Source of the DNA: Ruminococcus albus 7 = DSM 20455
GTDB lineage: Bacteria; Bacillota; Clostridia; Oscillospirales; Ruminococcaceae
DNA length: 32,000 nt
Direction of reading: 5' to 3'
NCBI RefSeq assembly: GCF_000179635.2
Contig: NC_014825.1
Span: 30,001-62,000 of the forward strand
Shown here: piece after piece, positions 24,821 to 30,209 of the stretch
Numbering within the stretch: the stretch's first letter is position 1
Layout of the letters: each line of letters starts with the position of its first letter
Translations under genes and position numbers: made by a program
The notes under the pieces: generated by a model
Databases searched by the model: none
What the model was told of the DNA's origin: nothing
What the model saw: the letters and a program-made list of their open reading frames with translations, nothing else

Positions 24821-26368
24821 TTAATTATACAGATACATCACCGTTGTTCCAGACATACCGCCCTTCATCGGCAGCAGCCAGCCTCTTTCGCAAAGAGTCT
24901 GCATTATCTGCTCTGTCTCACGGTAGGAAAGCAGCTGTGCCATTTTGCTCACATAATCCGCAAGATGCTGTGGTGTGTGTTCAAGCAGTACTTTCCTGAT
25001 ATTTCCGGTGCGAGAGTTTACATTGTCACATATACTTCTGCATAAACCAAGGATACCGTTATTCAGCACATCTCCCTGCTCCTTTGTCAGGCAGGGGAAA
25101 TTGGGCCTTATACCCTCATCGGTCTTTACAGCAAGCCCGAGCTTTATCAGCTCAGAGCAGACGAGCTTTTCATTGTCTGTCTGCGGCTGACGCTTTGCAA
25201 GTGTGACAAGCATATCCGCCATTGCATCTGACACATACGGGTGCAGACGCTCGCCGTTAATAAGCACATCCCAGAAAATTATCATACCGTCATTACTGTG
25301 AATTCCGTAGGTTCCTACTCCGTATGGATCGCTTTCCGACTTTTCAACAAAGAAGCGGAAACATTTTTCGCCAAACACATCTGTCGGGAAATCAAGCGGC
25401 GGTTCGTCAAATGCCATATCACAGTACGCAAGGCGCAGTATCAATGATAAAAGCATCCATTTGATCGTGTTATCTGGTGCATCGCTACCGTAGAAGCCGA
25501 GTATCCTTATATCGTCCATACTATCATCGATCTCAGTAGCTATGGTGTTTGAAATATCTTCAACAGCTGTTTTGCTTGCCTTTTTTATCTCGGCAAAAAC
25601 ATCGTTAGTAAAGATCGGAACATTTGTCTGATAAAAACCGTTTTTCACATTCAACAGATCATATTCGACCAGCTTTTTCAGCCCGTCTTCAAGATACGCC
25701 GTAGGAACACCAAGCTGCAAGGCTATCTGTTCCTCGCTCTGCTTGTCATAATAGCAGCACATAAGTATATTGTGACTGAGCTTATCATCAAATTTGCGGA
25801 AATATTTGTTGTTTGTTCCCCAGAAAAGCATATTCAGCTCAACAGGGGCATAGCTTAACTTTCCAAAATCTCTTTCCATTACAGTACCCTCCCTGATTTT
25901 CTTTCGTGACTGAAAGAGGAGATATTTGACCATGCTCTGTGTGATACCAAAGCTCTCGGAGATCTCCCTCACCGACATTTCGTCAACGTAGTAAGCCACC
26001 ATAGCCTTACGGTAGTTTGAATTCAGCATCGACAGCTCTCTTGTTATAAGCCTTAGCTGCTCGTTTTCCTGTGCCTTCTCTTCGAGTGCCTCCCAGCTGC
26101 CGTCTGATATTGTTTCATCAAGTTCAGCGGTGTCGCGGCGGCTGCGGTACCAGCTTTTGAGGATATTGTCAGCTGTGCGCCACACAAATGCATAGAAGGC
26201 TTTTTCGTTTTCAAAGCTCTGCTCGCCCTTGCAGCTTATAAGCATTATCTCCTGTGCCAGATCTTCGGCATCGTGGTATGAGCCTGTTCGTGAAAGGCAG
26301 TAGCGGAACATCGACTTTGACATCATTTCTATCTGCTCACGGTATTCATAAGCGGTCAAATCATTCAC
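24821..26368 (-). CDS. sigma-70 family (ECF-like) RNA polymerase sigma factor with a ~340-aa C-terminal extension
   Basis: Region 2-like DAEDLAQEIML...FYAFVWRTADN and region 4 HTH MSVREISESFGITQSMVKYLLFQSRKKIRE. These are followed by a second HTH-like segment (SEEQIALQLGVPTAYLEDGLKKLVEYDLL) and a large soluble domain. The start is uncertain: GTG at 26368, or TTG at 26359 lying 6 nt after SD AGAGGTG. Confidence 0.8.
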   Translation of the reverse strand: MNDLTAYEYREQIEMMSKSMFRYCLSRTGSYHDAEDLAQEIMLISCKGEQSFENEKAFYAFVWRTADNILKSWYRSRRDTAELDETISDGSWEALEEKAQENEQLRLITRELSMLNSNYRKAMVAYYVDEMSVREISESFGITQSMVKYLLFQSRKKIREGTVMERDFGKLSYAPVELNMLFWGTNNKYFRKFDDKLSHNILMCCYYDKQSEEQIALQLGVPTAYLEDGLKKLVEYDLLNVKNGFYQTNVPIFTNDVFAEIKKASKTAVEDISNTIATEIDDSMDDIRILGFYGSDAPDNTIKWMLLSLILRLAYCDMAFDEPPLDFPTDVFGEKCFRFFVEKSESDPYGVGTYGIHSNDGMIIFWDVLINGERLHPYVSDAMADMLVTLAKRQPQTDNEKLVCSELIKLGLAVKTDEGIRPNFPCLTKEQGDVLNNGILGLCRSICDNVNSRTGNIRKVLLEHTPQHLADYVSKMAQLLSYRETEQIMQTLCERGWLLPMKGGMSGTTVMYLYN

Positions 26369-26384
26369 CTCTTTCGTGGTTTCT

Positions 26385-26472
26385 CAGAAGCTTCTGTCTG
26401 TATAATGCAGAAGTTCGGAGTTGGTTAGGGGGGTGGAAAAATTTATCTGAGATAATTATAGCAGAAGTTCTG
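26385..26472. promoter_or_regulatory. three CAGAA-N(1-2)-TTCTG palindromic sites upstream of the sigma gene
   Basis: CAGAAGCTTCTG (26385-26396), CAGAAGTTCGG (26408-26418) and CAGAAGTTCTG (26462-26472). The last two each sit 1 nt upstream of a -10-like hexamer on the minus strand. Confidence 0.55.
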
Positions 26473-26483
26473 GAAATTGGCAA
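26455..26483 (-). promoter_or_regulatory. candidate sigma-A promoter of the sigma-factor gene
   Basis: Minus strand reads TTGCCA (26483-26478), a 17-nt spacer containing CAGAACTTCTG, then TATAAT (26460-26455). Confidence 0.55.
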
Positions 26484-26495
26484 TAACTGCTTGCG

Positions 26496-26580
26496 GCATA
26501 CCCACACATGAGGGTGCTTGATAGTGGGTATGCGGAATAATAAGAAACGGATAGCCGTCTGATGAGGACGGTCTATCCGT
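26496..26580 (-). terminator. tandem hairpins after CDS 26620..27285; the distal one belongs to the repeated hairpin family
   Basis: First stem ACGGATAGCCGTC (26547-26559) / GACGGTCTATCCGT (26567-26580), followed on the minus strand by TTCTTATTATT. Second stem, 10 bp, GCATACCCAC (26496-26505) / GTGGGTATGC (26524-26533). Confidence 0.65.
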
Positions 26581-26619
26581 GTTTGGGTGTATTAAGTTAC
26601 TAAGTTAAATCAGAATTTA

Positions 26620-27285
26620 TCAGCATAATCCAAAATGATTTGCTATAACATCACATACTTCTTCCCTTGTATCTTTCCCATTATCTTCTCTTACAACCGT
26701 GAAAAAACCACTATTTGCAAATTCATCATAGTGTTTTTTGCTGTTGATAAGAGCAAGTCCACGCCTATAATTCTCCATTACTGCTTCGGGATCATCGCAG
26801 CTATCAATAACATTTAATAGAAAAAGTTTGTCAGGGTCGCTTCTGTCAAAGAAACGCTCAACACTCATAGACTGCGGTGAAAGCATAACTGCAACATGAT
26901 GATAATCTGATATTTCTTTGAGCAAATCTAACGGTATATTGGTATCAACTATAACCGTTTTCTCTCTTGAAATTGAAATGAGTTCTGCTATTTCAAACTC
27001 CGCAGCTTCTCTTCCGACACTAAATATCCAGCGTTCATATTCTTCCGGAGAGCGGGTTACAAAGTCTTTCCAATCAGTAAGATTGTTTACGTAACAGATA
27101 TCAGGCTGTACTTCTGGTGTCGCCACAATATCAGATATTTGACTGTGATAGTTTTCACCGCAGAATATCATGTCATATCGGTCAGCAAGCATTTTTACCA
27201 TCGTTGCTTTTCCGGCATAAGCTGTTCCAGTTATAAAATATACATTTTTAAGATAATGCTTTAGAATGTTGTTTTCGATTTTCAT
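26620..27285 (-). CDS. P-loop kinase/ATPase-like protein (AAA/NMP-kinase fold, deviant Walker A)
   Basis: SD AAGGTGGA precedes the ATG. Walker A-like GTAYAGKAT, with Ala where GK[ST] is expected, and a Walker B-like TVIVDTN. AT-rich gene. Confidence 0.65.
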   Translation of the reverse strand: MKIENNILKHYLKNVYFITGTAYAGKATMVKMLADRYDMIFCGENYHSQISDIVATPEVQPDICYVNNLTDWKDFVTRSPEEYERWIFSVGREAAEFEIAELISISREKTVIVDTNIPLDLLKEISDYHHVAVMLSPQSMSVERFFDRSDPDKLFLLNVIDSCDDPEAVMENYRRGLALINSKKHYDEFANSGFFTVVREDNGKDTREEVCDVIANHFGLC

Positions 27286-27349
27286 AGTAATCCACCTTAA
27301 TTAATTCCGATTTAGCAAAGAAAGCCAAGTTGTCCTCTCACTAACCCTT

Positions 27350-27378
27350 ATTATACCAAACAGCCCCGAAATAGTCAA
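27350..27378 (-). promoter_or_regulatory. candidate sigma-A promoter of the P-loop gene
   Basis: Minus strand reads TTGACT (27378-27373), a 17-nt spacer ending in TGG, then TATAAT (27355-27350). Confidence 0.65.
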
Positions 27379-27407
27379 TCTCTACACACTTTTTCATACC
27401 CTTTTCG

Positions 27408-27436
27408 TTGCATTATACCGCCATTTGTGCTAAAAT
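27408..27436 (+). promoter_or_regulatory. candidate plus-strand promoter pointing into the gene-free region
   Basis: TTGCAT (27408-27413), a 17-nt spacer ending in TGC, then TAAAAT (27431-27436). No credible CDS lies downstream before 28125. Confidence 0.4.
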
Positions 27437-27599
27437 CAGGATATAGAGCAGATCGAAGTTGAAATGCAATGGATAACGAAAACGAAATGCTACTGCTGAG
27501 GAAACTTTAGCTCACTTAAGAACAATGGAACGTAATTTTGGTATTGTCAAGCCGTATAAAGTTTACGATTTTCCATAATCGTAATACTTTATACCGTGC

Positions 27600-27865
27600 T
27601 TGTGAAAATTGATCGGGCGTTTCACTCCCTCACTTGTTTTTCGCCGTTCTACGGCACTTTTTCACGCTCCTGCGTGTTTGGAGCTATGCGACTTTCTCTC
27701 TGTTCCGCACGGCTCTGAGAGTATTTTACCGGGGCTCGGCGCAGTTATGATGCTGGGTGGGCGGCAGTCCGGTGAAACTATTTTCTCGGCTCTCCCTGAG
27801 CCGATTTTGAATGTCGATATGCTTATCGTTACATTCAAATTTCTGCCCTGCCCGACCACCCATGA
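27600..27865 (+). ncRNA. candidate structured RNA (unclassified); strand uncertain
   Basis: GC-rich, non-coding and hairpin-dense. Local stems: 27602-07/27620-25, 27643-47/27651-55, 27663-67/27672-76 and 27681-90/27706-15. A three-way junction follows: a closing helix (27755-60/27856-61 plus 27763-67/27843-47) around hairpins 27786-92/27798-804 and 27806-19/27824-39. Confidence 0.3.
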
Positions 27866-28028
27866 AAATACCCTTCTACTTTACTACCGACGTTTTTGAG
27901 AAAATGCTCATGATTTTCTGGAAAGTTTACATTTTGTTCATGGTGATTCTCCCTCTTGCATAGTTTCAACACGTGATTTCTGTTGATGATGACGGGGATT
28001 TTGGAGGGTGGATTTCTTGGAAATGGGA

Positions 28029-28057
28029 TTGCTTTTTCAAGGCGGATGTGGTATAAT
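28029..28057 (+). promoter_or_regulatory. candidate sigma-A promoter of CDS 28125..28640
   Basis: TTGCTT (28029-28034), a 17-nt spacer ending in TGG, then TATAAT (28052-28057). Confidence 0.6.
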
Positions 28058-28124
28058 TTGTGGGTAAGAGACAGTCCTCAACAAAATCATAGTAAACGGG
28101 AAATATTTCTCGGAGGTGGTGCTT

Positions 28125-28640
28125 ATGTTTAAGACAATAAAGGTTGAAAGTAACCTTGAATTGCCATACAACCTGATTGATATTCAAGATGGAGAAAAGC
28201 GGTTCATTTTTTCATTCAAGTGTTTCGATGATAATCAAACAGAGTATTCAATACAGGCAGGCGGAGTAACCGGAAAATTTGAAGTTACATATAAGTGCTG
28301 TGGAATAGATAGCAATTTTGAGTGCGATATTACGATAGGAAATCTGTATTATTTTTATATCGAATTGGAAAACGTATATGAATGTCTTCCGGGTATTGAG
28401 CCTGTTGCAGTTTTGAAGAATTATGGTGAAACATTAAACCGTACAAACATGACATTTACATTCGATAAATTAGGGCATTGTAATGTTAATGGCTGTTTTA
28501 AGAATGCGTCTGACAGATATAACAGCGGAATTTTTTTTGAACTTCAGATAGATATGTCTTACATATATGACATACTCACTTCTTTGGAGAAATTTTTTGA
28601 TGAATTGAAACGGATTCAGGGACATAGCAATTTTTATTGA
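28125..28640 (+). CDS. hypothetical protein (orphan, very AT-rich; immunity-protein-like by size and context only)
   Basis: SD GGAGGTGG (28112-28119) precedes the ATG at 28125, and the ORF-track GTG at 28116 lies inside that SD. The product is a 171-aa soluble, Cys/Asn/Phe/Tyr-rich protein. Confidence 0.6.
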   Translation: MFKTIKVESNLELPYNLIDIQDGEKRFIFSFKCFDDNQTEYSIQAGGVTGKFEVTYKCCGIDSNFECDITIGNLYYFYIELENVYECLPGIEPVAVLKNYGETLNRTNMTFTFDKLGHCNVNGCFKNASDRYNSGIFFELQIDMSYIYDILTSLEKFFDELKRIQGHSNFY

Positions 28641-28661
28641 ACCACATACGAATATACATAC

Positions 28662-28697
28662 AAGCTGTGAAGCATTCCGCTCCGCAGCTTTTTTATT
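28662..28697 (+). terminator. intrinsic terminator after CDS 28125..28640
   Basis: Stem AAGCTGTG (28662-28669) / CCGCAGCTT (28682-28690) including one G-U pair, followed by TTTTTTATTT. Confidence 0.65.
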
Positions 28698-28849
28698 TCC
28701 CCCATAACATTTTCACGATAAGAAAAGTTTTATGGCGCACAGGGCTTCATGCGCACTGCGAATAGACTTTCACCCCGAAAGTGCGCTATAATTTTAGTAT
28801 GGGGCTGAGTAGTTCAGCTCGACTAAAATTTCAGAATGGTGGTGATGAT

Positions 28850-29215
28850 ATGGCTACGACTTCTATCGCTGACAAGCTGGCGAAACTCGAAAAGAAGATC
28901 GCAAAGCGACAGGCTACGATAGCGGAGGAGCAGACACAGCTCGACAAGGAGCTTGCAGAGTATAACAGGCTCTATCTGACAGCGCTTGCCAACAAGTATA
29001 AGCTGAGCGGAAAAGACCTGTTCTCCGCTATCGAGCGTGAGCATGACCAGCTTGAAAAGCTCCGTGAGGGTGAGCAGTCCGATGATGATGCGGACAGCGC
29101 TTCTGTTATGAAACACCGTCCGCTTTTGTCCATTATTCAATTTGCTTTGTCAACAGGCTTTCTATCGTTTGTTTTAGGGTTTCTACCAAAAATCTTAAAT
29201 CAGGAAGATTTTTGA
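28850..29215 (+). CDS. hypothetical coiled-coil protein with an atypical hydrophobic tail
   Basis: GGTGGTGA precedes the ATG at 28850. The N-terminal ~85 aa are heptad-like (ADKLAKLEKKIAKRQATIAEEQTQLDKELAEYNRL...). The last ~35 aa (LLSIIQFALSTGFLSFVLGFLPKIL) have a different composition. Confidence 0.45.
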   Translation: MATTSIADKLAKLEKKIAKRQATIAEEQTQLDKELAEYNRLYLTALANKYKLSGKDLFSAIEREHDQLEKLREGEQSDDDADSASVMKHRPLLSIIQFALSTGFLSFVLGFLPKILNQEDF

Positions 29216-29280
29216 GTTTGACGAAATAGCGCGATTTCCGAGGTTTCTACCTCAAATAATGACGTAAAATAGGTTTCTAA
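29178..29280 (+). repeat. three direct copies of GGTTTCTA(C/A)
   Basis: GGTTTCTACC at 29178-29187 and at 29242-29251, and GGTTTCTAA at 29272-29280. They straddle the 3' end of the preceding ORF. Confidence 0.7.
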
Positions 29281-29458
29281 ATGCCTCTTAATGACCACTA
29301 AGGGATACTAATGCCGAATAGCGTCACTTATAGCATATCTTTATTAAAAAGTAAAGACAAATTCTTTCTTATGCTGTGAAAGATAAGGATACCTGCAATA
29401 TATCATTTCAATGTACGTTTTTACCGCTACAGTTCAAATCGTCTTACAGATTCGGCTT

Positions 29459-29499
29459 ATAAAAAAAGTGTCCGTATAGCTTTTCGGGCTTACGGACAC
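29459..29499 (-). terminator. intrinsic terminator ending the cooS operon
   Basis: Stem GTGTCCGTA (29468-29476) / TACGGACAC (29491-29499), followed on the minus strand by TTTTTTTATAA. Confidence 0.8.
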
Positions 29500-29513
29500 T
29501 GATCCTTATTGAA

Positions 29514-29831
29514 TTATTTACCTTTTTCTGCAAGTATGCCCCTGACAGTATGCATAGGATCCTTTATCAGCAGATATACCACCCATATCACCAATGCAAG
29601 AACTACCACAGAAGCTCCAAGAAAAGCATCTCCGAGCATATCACCTGCTGCAGGCTTGAAGTACTCGGCACCGACTTCAAGATACTCAACTACCGCATCT
29701 ACCAGCCACATAAGCGATGCTCCCCAGAACATATAAAGCAGTATACCCGTCTTTAACTCCCTTGCCTTTTTGCTTGAATACCATACCACAGTTGAGATAA
29801 CAGCTGCTATGACCGTTATAAGTAATGTCAT
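29514..29831 (-). CDS. small multi-pass membrane protein, paralog of the upstream gene
   Basis: The ATG at 29831 overlaps the stop of the upstream gene (ATGA). Hydrophobic segments MTLLITVIAAVISTVVW, LLYMFWGASLMWLVDAVV and GASVVVLALVIWVVYLLI. Confidence 0.6.
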   Translation of the reverse strand: MTLLITVIAAVISTVVWYSSKKARELKTGILLYMFWGASLMWLVDAVVEYLEVGAEYFKPAAGDMLGDAFLGASVVVLALVIWVVYLLIKDPMHTVRGILAEKGK

Positions 29832-30196
29832 ACAGCCGCACCTGCTTTCTGTCCCACAAGTTTGTTTGATACTATTACGGTTCCTATCCATACAACAGTA
29901 ACAAGCACCGCCATAGCCGAGCCAGATGTCGCCATTTCGTGAAGCATCTCAACAGTATCCTCAGGATCATTGGCAGCTGTCAGGAACGGGAAGAACGGAG
30001 ATATCTCACCATGCCACAGATGCTCGAATGCCAGCAGACCCGAACCGCCCCACAGCATCTTGTTCAGTCGGCTAAGATGCTCCGAGAAACTGATCTTACT
30101 GTTATCCGTAACTTTGTTGTTTTCACTTTTTTTCAATATCTTCTGCGCCACAGTTGTAACTATTGCCTCTGTGACAGGCACTAAAAAGCAAGCCAT
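29828..30196 (-). CDS. small multi-pass membrane protein
   Basis: SD AGGAGG (rc of 30205-30210) overlaps the cooS stop codon and lies 8 nt before the ATG at 30196. Segments MLWGGSGLLAFEHLW and GSAMAVLVTVVWIGTVIV parallel those of the downstream gene. Confidence 0.6.
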   Translation of the reverse strand: MACFLVPVTEAIVTTVAQKILKKSENNKVTDNSKISFSEHLSRLNKMLWGGSGLLAFEHLWHGEISPFFPFLTAANDPEDTVEMLHEMATSGSAMAVLVTVVWIGTVIVSNKLVGQKAGAAV

Positions 30197-30209
30197 TTTT
30201 TATTCCTCC

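Noticed and set aside
26559-26566. CTGATGAG, the hammerhead-ribozyme core sequence, in the loop of the repeated hairpin.
   Set aside because: No stem II follows it, there is no GAAA box and no cleavage-site helix. The sister copy at 8773-8779 has a different loop. I treat it as a coincidence.
27681-27715. On the minus strand, GAGCCGTGCGG...CGCATAGCTC resembles the 5' half of a group II intron domain V.
   Set aside because: The hairpin has a 15-nt loop and a 2x2 internal loop rather than the 14-bp bulged stem and GNRA tetraloop of domain V. No reverse transcriptase ORF or other intron domains are present.
27855-27861. GGGTGGT on the minus strand resembles the start of a T-box sequence; RNase P-like AGAGAAAGTC lies nearby.
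   Set aside because: The rest of the T-box (ACCGCG), a specifier loop and a terminator/antiterminator pair are absent. It lies about 570 nt from the next gene, and the RNase P consensus GAGGAAAGTCC is not matched.
27609-27899. ORF-track entries 27609..27899 (+, 96 aa) and 27662..27859 (-, 65 aa) in the gene-free region.
   Set aside because: Neither has an SD. The starts are non-ATG or arbitrary, the translations are Pro/Ser/Gly/Leu-biased, and both overlap the hairpin-dense segment. That segment is better explained as RNA or debris.
29432-29440. GTTCAAATC, a tRNA T-loop-like sequence in the gene-free stretch, considered as a possible tRNA or att site.
   Set aside because: The flanking bases do not form a T-stem or acceptor stem, and no cloverleaf can be drawn.
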